Made by a program: the position numbers and the translations under genes
Notes under the pieces: model-generated
Told to the model about the DNA's origin: nothing
The model's input: the letters and a program-made list of their open reading frames with translations, nothing else
Databases searched by the model: none
From: a bacterium
Lineage (GTDB): Bacteria > Zhuqueibacterota > QNDG01 > DSAB01
DNA length: 64,000 nucleotides
Direction of reading: 5' to 3'
Assembly (NCBI GenBank): GCA_011388275.1
Contig: DSAB01000119.1
Location: 41,285 to 105,284 of the forward strand
Shown: positions 47,681 through 56,617 of the stretch, in pieces
Position numbering within the stretch: the first letter of the stretch is position 1
Layout of the letters: every line of letters begins with the position of its first letter

Positions 47681-48454
47681 TCAATACACATCCCTCATGG
47701 ACAAGACATAAGGAATGGTCATTAAAATAATTTTTAAATCCAGCAGCAAATTCCAATGGTCAACATACCAGAGATCATAAAGGATGGATTCTTCGTAATT
47801 CTCCGGTGTCAGTCTGAGATTGATTTTGGACCAACCGGTCAGCCCCGGCTTGACTTCAAGTCTGCGGAAATACCAGGGCTTATAGGCCTGTACCTCATAT
47901 ACCGGATGAGGTCTGGGTCCTACAAGACTCATCCGTCCGCTTAAAATATTGATCATCTGCGGCAATTCATCCAAACTGGTTGCACGCAAAAGCGCACCAA
48001 CAGGGGTCACGTATGATTGTACATGGTTGATGTACCGTTCCAATAAATCCGGCTTCGATTCCGCTCCGATTCCTTCATGCAATAGATACCGAATATAGGC
48101 TTTGTGGTCTTTCTGCGAATCTGTATGAAACATGGTGCGGAACTTATAAATTAAAAAAGATCTTCCTCTGAGTCCAACCCGCTCCTGTCGAAAGAATACC
48201 GGGCCCGGTGAACTCAACTTGACAGTGGTTGAAACCAGAAGCAGCAAAGGCCATGCTGCCAGCAAAAAAAACATTGAGAAAGAAAAATCCATCAAACGTT
48301 TGACTCCCAATAGAAAACCGGCAAAACTCTTTTCCTGTAAGCTATCGGCAGAATGAGGTGTTTCATCCATGATCTGGCTGAATGAAATCCCCCGTGTATA
48401 ATCCATTGCCGGCAATGATTCAGTTCGCATAGCGTAAAACCGTTCTCCATTCAA
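47681..48454 (-). CDS. Initiating polyprenyl-phosphate sugar-1-phosphate transferase (monotopic PGT)
   Basis: KRLMD, FFRQERVG..G..F.IYKFRTM, LDELPQ..N..G.MSLVGPRP, KPGLTGW, DLWYV. Confidence 0.93.
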   Translation of the reverse strand: MNGERFYAMRTESLPAMDYTRGISFSQIMDETPHSADSLQEKSFAGFLLGVKRLMDFSFSMFFLLAAWPLLLLVSTTVKLSSPGPVFFRQERVGLRGRSFLIYKFRTMFHTDSQKDHKAYIRYLLHEGIGAESKPDLLERYINHVQSYVTPVGALLRATSLDELPQMINILSGRMSLVGPRPHPVYEVQAYKPWYFRRLEVKPGLTGWSKINLRLTPENYEESILYDLWYVDHWNLLLDLKIILMTIPYVLSMRDVY

Positions 48455-48467
48455 TCAAAGGTTGAGT

Positions 48468-49154
48468 TTATGCAAAACGATATCCCAACCCATGAATGGT
48501 TTGTATGTATTGTGAGTTGTTGCCGTCTCCACCCAATTTCTCACGCAGCCTTTTTACATGAACATCAACGGTTCGGTCCGTCACAAAGGCGCTCTTTCCC
48601 CACACTTTCTCCAATATCTCTTCTCTTGAAAAAACATAATCCCTTTTCGAGGCCAGCAAATACAAAAGTTTGAACTGTGTATAGGTAAGATCCAGATACT
48701 GCTGATTTTTATGGACGGCCTGACTGTCCAGATTAATCTCAATATCCTTAATTTTCAGTATCTTTGGCGTGTTGCCGACCATATCGATCCTGCGGACAAT
48801 GGCCTTTACCTTGGCCACTAATTCATCCGCTTCAGATATATCGTGAAAACAATCATCGGCTCCCCCATTTTCCATTGCCACAATACGCTCATCGGTTTTT
48901 TTATTCTCTGTGATCAAAATCAGAGCGGTTTGACTGCACTCATTTTGTATAACCGAAGTCAATTTTTTCATCTTCTCTCCAACAAAATCCCAGTCGACAA
49001 TCATGGCCTGATAGAATATTAATCTGAGATTATTGATGGCCGTTCTGACATCCATTGTGCAGAAAACCTCAAAACCGGATCGAATGAATGCGTGTTCGAT
49101 GGACTTGGTTTTGGCATTTCGATCCATCAGCAGAAGGATATTTTTCTTTTCCAT
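48468..49154 (-). CDS. OmpR/PhoB-family response regulator with an atypical receiver
   Basis: wHTH: LTYTQFKLL, FSREEIL..VWG, RTVDVHVKRLREKL, IQTIHGLGYRF. The receiver keeps the phospho-Asp (IVDW) but lacks the KP motif. ATG 49154 follows GGGGTGA. Confidence 0.88.
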   Translation of the reverse strand: MEKKNILLLMDRNAKTKSIEHAFIRSGFEVFCTMDVRTAINNLRLIFYQAMIVDWDFVGEKMKKLTSVIQNECSQTALILITENKKTDERIVAMENGGADDCFHDISEADELVAKVKAIVRRIDMVGNTPKILKIKDIEINLDSQAVHKNQQYLDLTYTQFKLLYLLASKRDYVFSREEILEKVWGKSAFVTDRTVDVHVKRLREKLGGDGNNSQYIQTIHGLGYRFA

Positions 49155-49547
49155 GGACAATCACCCCTTTGTATCTTTGAACAGAATGTTCTCTTCATGA
49201 TGCACAGGCAAACTCCATACCAAAGAATGTGTGTCCATTTTATGCTATTATTTATTTATCACTTAGCCTTGTTTAACCTTGTTCCTATCGGTCAATAATT
49301 ATGACAATAAGGAAAAATATTCCCCGGCAAATAAGAATATATTGCATTCGTGTCATAATCGCTGCAAGCCAGAATCGTTCGGTTGTAAAAGCGGGAATAC
49401 ATGATGCATTACGGACTCGTGGAAGGCACAAACGACTCAATGCGAACGGATCGAGTCATCAATAGACGCCTGAATCAGCGAAATGCGTGTGCAGGCATCC
49501 GTAAAAGTAATTTTATTCGGGATTGTTATACGAATGATTCAGACTAA

Positions 49548-49640
49548 CCCGAATAATTCACGGAACTGTTGAGAGTCAAATAAAATCATATAAAACAATG
49601 ATTTTATTTGACTCATAATTCTATTTGTGAATTATTCAGG
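49548..49640. repeat. Nested inverted repeat (perfect 17-bp inner arms, 13/14 outer arms)
   Basis: GAGTCAAATAAAATCAT 49573-49589 / ATGATTTTATTTGACTC 49598-49614; CCCGAATAATTCAC 49548-49561 / GTGAATTATTCAGG 49627-49640; abuts the cdsA stop codon. Confidence 0.9.
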
Positions 49641-50471
49641 CTAAATACCAAAAAATATCAGATAGGCATAAAAACTGGGGGCCGCGAATATTGTACTGTC
49701 AAAACGGTCAAGTATTCCTCCGTGACCGGGCAAAAGCCGGGAAGAGTCTTTGATCAGTGCTTCTCTCTTGAACAGAGATTCAACCAGATCACCCAGCTGG
49801 CCGGTAATACCCACAGTCAGGGCCAGACCCAGAGTATGAACCAGCGGCAGGCTGTTTAAAAAGAGAGTCCGGAAAATGAAAGCGGTTAGTGTGGAGAAAA
49901 TCAACCCCATAATCGAACCCTCCCAGGATTTTCCTGGACTGATTCTGGAAAACAGGGGATGTTTACCCATTGCGGAACCGAATACATAGGCTGATATATC
50001 GAAGGACCACAGAACTGTGAACAGCAGAAGAACCAACAGACCTCCTGCCATGGAGCCGTTGATCTCCAAGAAAGGATGATTCCGTATGAGAAGGAGGGAA
50101 TTTAACAATCCAATATAAACAACTCCGCCTAAAGTGATGAGGCTGTTTATAAAAACACGTCTGCGATTGAGGAACAGCTCCAGAGTCAGAGCCAGTCCGA
50201 TCAACAGAAAGATGCCCGCAACCGCCTGATAAATCTGCATCACGGTAAACGCCATTGACACAGTGATGGAAATCAAGGCGCCTCCGATCATCAATGGTGA
50301 ATAATCCATTTGACGCAGCATATTAAAAAGCTCGTAAAGCGCAAGAAGTATAATGCCGATGACAAGAAAGGAAAATACCCATCCCCCCTGCAGCGCACAC
50401 AATACGATGACCGGAATGCCGATTACGGCTGTTCCCGCCCTGTCGATCAGATTCCTGATATATAAAGCCAT
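49641..50471 (-). CDS. cdsA: Phosphatidate cytidylyltransferase
   Basis: DISAYVFG...GKH.L...ISPGKSWEG, GDLVESLFKR...KDS..LLPGHGGILDRFDS. Confidence 0.96.
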   Translation of the reverse strand: MALYIRNLIDRAGTAVIGIPVIVLCALQGGWVFSFLVIGIILLALYELFNMLRQMDYSPLMIGGALISITVSMAFTVMQIYQAVAGIFLLIGLALTLELFLNRRRVFINSLITLGGVVYIGLLNSLLLIRNHPFLEINGSMAGGLLVLLLFTVLWSFDISAYVFGSAMGKHPLFSRISPGKSWEGSIMGLIFSTLTAFIFRTLFLNSLPLVHTLGLALTVGITGQLGDLVESLFKREALIKDSSRLLPGHGGILDRFDSTIFAAPSFYAYLIFFGI

Positions 50472-50483
50472 TGTCTGTCTTGA

Positions 50484-50510
50484 TAAAAGAGGGGCATGAA
50501 ACGCGCCCCT
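50484..50510 (-). terminator. Intrinsic terminator after the OMP gene
   Basis: Minus strand AGGGGC-GCGTTTCAT-GCCCCT followed by CTTTTAT. Confidence 0.6.
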
Positions 50511-50548
50511 GATTCATACCCCTGTTTAATTCATTATATCTATGTCTT

Positions 50549-51124
50549 TTAGATGAGAAATCCGAAAAGAACCTGTGTCACCCTGTGATAAGCGCCCTTT
50601 TCGGCGTTCTCATAAATGGAATCGAGTCCCATTTTGTATCTGCCTTCTGCATGGACTCCTTTGCCAAAAATTGAGAATTCGATTCCGCCTCCTATCAGAA
50701 CACACATATCCTGCCTGACAATGTCATCCTTGATATTTTCATCACCATATTTAGCGCTGAGAAGATAATTAAATTCAAGGCCGGCCAGCAAATAGGGGTG
50801 AATCCCCAGCGGCAGAAACTTTTTTTTCATTACCACAGGAAGAGAGAAATAGTTCAGACGCCACTCTTCACCATTAATAATCTTCAGACCCTGTGGTGAA
50901 TACAGAAGGTCCATCTCAATATGTAAAAGAGTCAGAATGTTGATTTCAATGGCAATACCGCCGGTTAGAGCCGTACGATGTTCGATGTTGGAAGGCAGAT
51001 CTGACCCTGAAAGCATCGCCAGATTTTGCCCAACCTTGATACCCTTGACGAGTCTACCCTGACCCATCGCGGCTGCTGACAGCAGCATTACCAGACATCC
51101 AATGATCAATGCCTTTCTTCTCAT
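50549..51124 (-). CDS. Small outer-membrane beta-barrel (porin-family/PorT-like)
   Basis: Signal MRRKALIIGCLVMLLSAAAMG; GIKVGQN, LLYSPQG, YFSLPV, EGRY..GL; terminal GFLI. GGAGG SD before ATG 51124. Confidence 0.75.
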   Translation of the reverse strand: MRRKALIIGCLVMLLSAAAMGQGRLVKGIKVGQNLAMLSGSDLPSNIEHRTALTGGIAIEINILTLLHIEMDLLYSPQGLKIINGEEWRLNYFSLPVVMKKKFLPLGIHPYLLAGLEFNYLLSAKYGDENIKDDIVRQDMCVLIGGGIEFSIFGKGVHAEGRYKMGLDSIYENAEKGAYHRVTQVLFGFLI

Positions 51125-51173
51125 ACGCTTCCTCCATGGAATTATTTCCGAATAGTCGAACGTGTGATGTATG

Positions 51174-52685
51174 CTAATAGCGCATCTCATCCGCGTGGGT
51201 CAAATATATTCCTCGATGACCTTCCAGGGGACATCGGTTGACACAGATTCCACATCCAATGCAGATATTTTCTTTGACAAAAGGAAGAAATACGGTTGCA
51301 TTTCGTCCATCGATGGTGACCACTTCACTCTCACGAAACTGAATGGCTTTTTCCGGTAAAGGACAATGCTCCTCACACACCATGCAATCTTCACCATAAT
51401 ACCAGGGTATGCATCGTGTTTTATCGAAATGAGCCGTCCCGATCTTCCTTTCCTGTCTTTCTTTAAGCGGAAGAGGGCGTATAGCGCCTGTGGGACAGAC
51501 CTGTCCGCACAAGTTGCAAGTATATTCACAGTAACCGGTTGTCGGAATCAGTACGGGTGATAAAAAGCCCTCCCATCCCGTTTCGAGCATGGCATGCTGC
51601 AATCCCGCCCCAACCGAGGAGCATACTCGAATGCATTTTCCGCATCGGACACATCGGTCGAGAAACTCGCCTTCTTCAATCGCCCCTGGAGGACGAACAG
51701 CGTATCCTTTTCGAGTAACCTGCGTGTATCCGGTTTTTATCAATCCAATTGACAAAAGGCCCGCAACACCTCCGGTCAACAAACGTCGCCGATTAAAATC
51801 AACAGGAGAAGGTTGAATTTTCTTCTGAAATCCAAATGAGATGGCTTGAACGGGGCATATAACCTGACAATCCATGCATGAGATACACTCTCCATGATCA
51901 GTAATCTTGTAATCCTCTCCAATCGCGTCCATGCGGCAATATTGTCTGCACAGTCCGCAGGATGTGCATGCATCCGATACTTTTCTCCTGTAAAGGCGCC
52001 ATCGTGAGAAAAGACTCAGAAAAGCTCCGAGAGGGCAGATATTTTGACACCAGAATCGGCTCTGAATAAAGCCCAGTGCGAGAATCGCCAGGAAAAAAAG
52101 GCCCAGGATAACGGATCCCTGAAAAGTGACGGTTTGTATGGGCAGCACAAAACCCCTTAAAAAATCATACACTACATAACCGCCTCTTTCCAAAAAACCG
52201 ACGGATAGAAATATCCCCATCAAACCATCCATGAAGAGAACGAAAACCGGATAGATCACGGCATTGACCGTTCTCGTATATAAGGAGATTGGATCCACCC
52301 AGCCGGCAAGCTGTACGGACCCCACCGCCCCAACAAAGACCGCAATCAGAATGAACAGCTTTACTCCTTTGAGGGGTAAATGTTTCATCTTTTTTTTATG
52401 ATTGCCTGCCGCTCCGTCAAATCCATCGATCGTGGACCCGAGAGGACATATCCAGCCACAGAAAAAACGTCCCAGAACCAGGGTAAATAAAAGAAGCAGT
52501 ATCGCGGGAAGGGTTACGACCGCCAATGTTCGTGCGGAAACAGCTGCGGACAGCCCGACCAAAGGATCGAGCCTTAGAAAAAATTGAGCCGGCACCTTCG
52601 AAGCCATGGGATAGGAAGTCAGAAGAAACAGAAGATAAAAGATCACGATAAAGAGTATTTGAAAAATTCTTCGAAGCGATCTCAT
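51174..52685 (-). CDS. Membrane polyferredoxin: NapH/MauN-like domain fused to a NapG/MauM-like domain
   Basis: GRFFCGWICPLG, RFWCQNICPLG, CTSCGLCRQYC, CISCMDCQVICP, RPPGA...F...CVRCGKC, several further CxxCxxC motifs. Confidence 0.88.
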   Translation of the reverse strand: MRSLRRIFQILFIVIFYLLFLLTSYPMASKVPAQFFLRLDPLVGLSAAVSARTLAVVTLPAILLLLFTLVLGRFFCGWICPLGSTIDGFDGAAGNHKKKMKHLPLKGVKLFILIAVFVGAVGSVQLAGWVDPISLYTRTVNAVIYPVFVLFMDGLMGIFLSVGFLERGGYVVYDFLRGFVLPIQTVTFQGSVILGLFFLAILALGFIQSRFWCQNICPLGAFLSLFSRWRLYRRKVSDACTSCGLCRQYCRMDAIGEDYKITDHGECISCMDCQVICPVQAISFGFQKKIQPSPVDFNRRRLLTGGVAGLLSIGLIKTGYTQVTRKGYAVRPPGAIEEGEFLDRCVRCGKCIRVCSSVGAGLQHAMLETGWEGFLSPVLIPTTGYCEYTCNLCGQVCPTGAIRPLPLKERQERKIGTAHFDKTRCIPWYYGEDCMVCEEHCPLPEKAIQFRESEVVTIDGRNATVFLPFVKENICIGCGICVNRCPLEGHRGIYLTHADEMRY

Positions 52686-52696
52686 TCCGGCTCCTT

Positions 52697-53596
52697 TCAG
52701 CTGAGGGTGAGCTTTCGGATATTCAGTTTCTTCAAATCCAGTTCACCCAGGCCACGTTCTCTGGCAATCGACAGGAACCGGACCCGTTCTGGAATCAGAT
52801 CAAGAAGTGCGGCCCCATAGCTGTCAACAGCAACCGGATCGGTTCCGGCTATGACGGTTTTTCTCAACGCCACATCGGCCAGATTGCCGCCGCTGGGTCC
52901 GTTGCGGAACATGACCCGGTAGGCATCCAGAATGGTTAAATCCGCTCTGATACGTGCATTTAAATCGTTGATTTTAATCTCGAAATCTCTGTGGAATTTG
53001 CCTCTGTTGCCACCCAGGAATCCCATAAAATTCTTCATTCCCATGGACATTCCCGATATGCTGTGATGTTTGGCGATCGGAAGGTTGATAATTTTATCGG
53101 CATCCAGGACCTCTGAATAGATCTCCCAACTTTGAATCAATTCTCCTTCAGGAAAACGAGTCATCTTGAATTTGCGCTCATAAACAAATTCAACATCCGC
53201 GCCCGCGTCCCTCGCGGCCTGTTCGATACCGCTTCGTTTGTAACATCTTCGCGCCTCATTGAGCGTGTTGTCAAATATCTTGACATTTCGGGCCCCGGCT
53301 TCCAAACAGAGCTTTACCACTTCAGCGACGATCTCCGGATTAGTCGTTGCCGCCTGTTCGGGAACCCTGTCCCACGAAATATTGGGCTTTACCACAACCC
53401 GGTCGCCTTTTGCGATGAACTTCGACATGCCTCCGAGACCGGCGACGGCCTTTTGCACAAGACTGGCGGGACTTTCACCTTCAACGACAATCAGATCCGG
53501 TATCGATTCAGCGGCCGACAAAGATAAACGACCCAGAATCGGACTCCCAACAGCCGCGACACCCAGGGTTCGCATCAGGAAATCTCTTCGCTTCAT
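52697..53596 (-). CDS. Tat-exported DUF362-family protein
   Basis: MKRRDFL twin-Arg signal; VVVKPN, TTNPEIV, NLPIAKHH, GMKNFMG, DPVAVD. Confidence 0.85.
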   Translation of the reverse strand: MKRRDFLMRTLGVAAVGSPILGRLSLSAAESIPDLIVVEGESPASLVQKAVAGLGGMSKFIAKGDRVVVKPNISWDRVPEQAATTNPEIVAEVVKLCLEAGARNVKIFDNTLNEARRCYKRSGIEQAARDAGADVEFVYERKFKMTRFPEGELIQSWEIYSEVLDADKIINLPIAKHHSISGMSMGMKNFMGFLGGNRGKFHRDFEIKINDLNARIRADLTILDAYRVMFRNGPSGGNLADVALRKTVIAGTDPVAVDSYGAALLDLIPERVRFLSIARERGLGELDLKKLNIRKLTLS

Positions 53597-53616
53597 ACCG
53601 ATTACCCCCTTTTTAT

Positions 53617-56103
53617 TTATGAGTTTTCCGTTTTGACCCCTTCTTTTTTTGAATCCAGTTTTTTTGATGCCGCCGGCTGAGGTTCTTCATACTCGACAAA
53701 TTCCAAAGAACCTTTATTTTCCCGAACAAGAATATGACTCCCTTCACCGAAACGTCCCTTCAGAATCTCTTCGGCGATCGGATCTTCCACATATTTTCTG
53801 AGTGTCCGTTTGATTTGCCTGGCTCCATAAAGCGGATCATACCCCTGGTCAGCCAGATATTCCTTGGCATCGTCGGATAAAGAGACTTTCAGATTTTGAT
53901 CTTTCATGTTTCTCAAAAGCTCGTCCATGGCTATATCCATAATGCTGATGATGTGTTTTCGCTGAAGAGGGTGAAAAACGATGATTTCATCCAGACGATT
54001 GACAAATTCGGGCGTAAACAGCTTTTTCGTTTCTTCCATCATGGTCGATTTCATCGCTTCGTAATCAACGTTGTCATCCTTCTGTCCGAATCCAAACCCT
54101 CCTTTTTGCACCGACCTTGTGCCGAGGTTGGACGTCATAATCAAAATGGTATTTCTGAAATCGACCTTTCGGCCGAGTCCGTCGGTCAATTGCCCCTCAT
54201 CAAATATCTGCAGAAGAATATTGAATATGTCCGGATGAGCTTTTTCAATTTCATCGAGCAAAACCACCGAATAGGGATGTCTTCGAACCTTTTCGGTCAA
54301 CTGGCCGCCCTCTTCATAACCTACATACCCGGGAGGCGCTCCGGTCATCCGTGACACGGAAAACTTTTCCATGAATTCCGACATATCGACTCGTATCAGA
54401 GCGGATTCATCTTCAAACAGGTACGTCGCCAAAACTCTGGCGAGATAGGTCTTTCCCACACCCGTTGGACCCAGAAAGACAAAAGACCCGATTGGTCGCT
54501 GTGGATCTTTCAATCCGGCGCGTGTGCGGCGAATGGCCCTGCTGAGAGTCTCGATCGGCTCATCCTGACCCACGACCTTTTCTTTTAATACATCCGCCAT
54601 CTTTAATAGTTTTTCCGATTCAGACTGAGCCACTCGTGAGACCGGAATGCCCGTCATCATGGAAACCACTTCCGAAACATCTTCTTCCGTAACGTCTGCC
54701 AGGACTTCACCCACGGCCTCTTCCCAGCGTTTCTTGGCTGTTTCGAGCTCCCTCTTTAATTTCTTTTCGCGGTCACGGAGTACTGCTGCTTTCTCAAATT
54801 CCTGATTTCGAATAACGCTGTCTTTTTCATTCTTGATCACACGCATGCGTTCTTCAAGAATGGTAATGTCTCTCGGAACCGTGATGTTGGCAAGATGCAC
54901 CTTGGATCCGGCCTCATCCATGACATCAATCGCCTTATCAGGAAGGAACTTGTCCATAATGTAACGGTCCGACAAGCGTACACAACCGACAATGGCCTCA
55001 TCAGTGTATTTTACACGGTGATGTTTCTCATACCTTTCCTTGAGTCCGTAAAGGATATCCAGCGTGTCATTTGCAGAGGGAGGATCCACCATCACTTTTT
55101 GAAATCGTCTTTCCAGGGCTCCGTCTTTTTCTATATATTGACGGTATTCATCGAGAGTGGTCGCGCCGATGCACTGCAATTCTCCCCTCGCCAAAGCCGG
55201 TTTGAAAAGATTGGAGGCATCCAGTGAGCCGGATGCTCCACCGGCTCCAACGATAGTATGCAGTTCATCGATGAACAGAATGACACTCTTTGATTTAACC
55301 AGTTCATTCATTATTGCTTTCATTCGCTCTTCGAACTGGCCTCGATACTTGGTGCCGGCAACAATGGCTCCCAGATCCATGGTCACAACCCGCTTATTGT
55401 GAAGGACCCTGGATACTTTCTTCTCAACGATACGCATGGCGAGCCCTTCGGCAATAGCGGTCTTCCCCACTCCCGGTTCGCCAATCAACACCGGATTATT
55501 CTTTTTTCTTCTAGACAGAATCTGTGCGACTCTCTGAATTTCGTTATCACGTCCAATGACCGGATCCAGTTCATCGTTGACCGCCATCTCCGTCAAATCC
55601 CTTCCAAAGTGATCCAGCGCGGGTGTCTGAGATTTTTCCTTGCTCTCTTTGGGATTACCCACCGTTCCTTTCAATACATTTTCCAGCTCTTCGTAAATAC
55701 TTTCATAGGTCACATCAAAACTGTACAGGACCTGAGCGGCCACGCCTTCGGAATCCTTTAACAGGGCCAAGAGGAGATGTTCGGTCCCGATCACATTGGA
55801 TTTGAATTTCTCGGCTTCACTGGCCGCAATTCGAAGTACCCGCTCTGCTCTTTTGGTAAAGGGAATATTACCCATGGTCAGTATTCCACCCGTAGATCGA
55901 ACGGCATCCTCGATGGCTTTCTTCAGTTCATCGATATCCAAATCCATATTCTGCAAAATTTCGATAGCGATACCGCCTCCCTCCTTTATGATACCCAGAA
56001 GGAGATGCTCCGTCCCGATGTAGTCATGACTCAAACGCAATGCTTCTTCACGGGACAGCTGTATGACGGTTTGAACACGCTGAGAAAAATTATTTCTTAG
56101 CAT
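53617..56103 (-). CDS. clpC: ATP-dependent Clp protease ATP-binding subunit ClpC
   Basis: Double Clp-N repeats (GTEHLLLG/A), [11 protein letters not shown] coiled coil, [17 protein letters not shown]. Confidence 0.96.
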   Translation of the reverse strand: MLRNNFSQRVQTVIQLSREEALRLSHDYIGTEHLLLGIIKEGGGIAIEILQNMDLDIDELKKAIEDAVRSTGGILTMGNIPFTKRAERVLRIAASEAEKFKSNVIGTEHLLLALLKDSEGVAAQVLYSFDVTYESIYEELENVLKGTVGNPKESKEKSQTPALDHFGRDLTEMAVNDELDPVIGRDNEIQRVAQILSRRKKNNPVLIGEPGVGKTAIAEGLAMRIVEKKVSRVLHNKRVVTMDLGAIVAGTKYRGQFEERMKAIMNELVKSKSVILFIDELHTIVGAGGASGSLDASNLFKPALARGELQCIGATTLDEYRQYIEKDGALERRFQKVMVDPPSANDTLDILYGLKERYEKHHRVKYTDEAIVGCVRLSDRYIMDKFLPDKAIDVMDEAGSKVHLANITVPRDITILEERMRVIKNEKDSVIRNQEFEKAAVLRDREKKLKRELETAKKRWEEAVGEVLADVTEEDVSEVVSMMTGIPVSRVAQSESEKLLKMADVLKEKVVGQDEPIETLSRAIRRTRAGLKDPQRPIGSFVFLGPTGVGKTYLARVLATYLFEDESALIRVDMSEFMEKFSVSRMTGAPPGYVGYEEGGQLTEKVRRHPYSVVLLDEIEKAHPDIFNILLQIFDEGQLTDGLGRKVDFRNTILIMTSNLGTRSVQKGGFGFGQKDDNVDYEAMKSTMMEETKKLFTPEFVNRLDEIIVFHPLQRKHIISIMDIAMDELLRNMKDQNLKVSLSDDAKEYLADQGYDPLYGARQIKRTLRKYVEDPIAEEILKGRFGEGSHILVRENKGSLEFVEYEEPQPAASKKLDSKKEGVKTENS

Positions 56104-56115
56104 AGGTTTCCTTTT

Positions 56116-56400
56116 CTAATTTAACAGCTCTCGATAAAACGGTGTGCTATCAGTGATGAGCCCTGTCATCTTTCTCATGTCTGAACAGATTGCACAGGAC
56201 TCCCGATTCGATTGAGCCTCTTTCAGGAGTTTTCTATAAAATGTTTTCCTCAGAGACCTTAACTTTCTCGTATCGACGCCTTTTCGAAGAAATACGGATA
56301 CGATATCGACAAACTCCATGGTCGATAGAATTCGGGATTGAGAGAATAGTTCAAAAGTCCGAAAGAAACTTTGTCTATCAAGTGTCGAATTGTGACTCAT
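56116..56400 (-). CDS. Small basic hypothetical protein (94 aa) immediately upstream of clpC
   Basis: ATG 56400 after a purine-rich stretch; ends 12 nt before the clpC ATG; contains CAIC; no recognised family. Confidence 0.6.
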   Translation of the reverse strand: MSHNSTLDRQSFFRTFELFSQSRILSTMEFVDIVSVFLRKGVDTRKLRSLRKTFYRKLLKEAQSNRESCAICSDMRKMTGLITDSTPFYRELLN

Positions 56401-56535
56401 TTTTCTATGCCCTTTAAACCGCAATCGATTTACAGTCAACATGAATGATTGCACGCAATATTCCCACGGCCGACATCTATAAAACCACTGAACCCCGGTA
56501 TTCGGTTCCAGAAATGTACGGAAACAGATTGAATA

Positions 56536-56566
56536 TTGCAAACTTTCATTAGCATTAACTTTGCAA
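56536..56566. promoter_or_regulatory. Imperfect 10-N11-10 inverted repeat, possible operator upstream of the clpC operon
   Basis: TTGCAAACTT (56536-56545) and AACTTTGCAA (56557-56566), 9/10 complementary. Confidence 0.3.
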
Positions 56567-56617
56567 ATTTCACGCCAATCGAAAAGAGATATCCAATATC
56601 GGAATGATATACGGTCA

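Noticed and set aside
49155-49640. ops/JUMPstart element or known riboswitch (c-di-GMP, cobalamin) upstream of the EPS operon
   Set aside because: No GGCGGTAG-like ops motif or riboswitch consensus found by eye; an Infernal search would be decisive.
56556-56563. Bacteroidetes-type TAnnTTTG promoter element
   Set aside because: It is on the plus strand, antisense to all genes; clear TTGACA-17-TAnnnT promoters elsewhere indicate a conventional sigma70.
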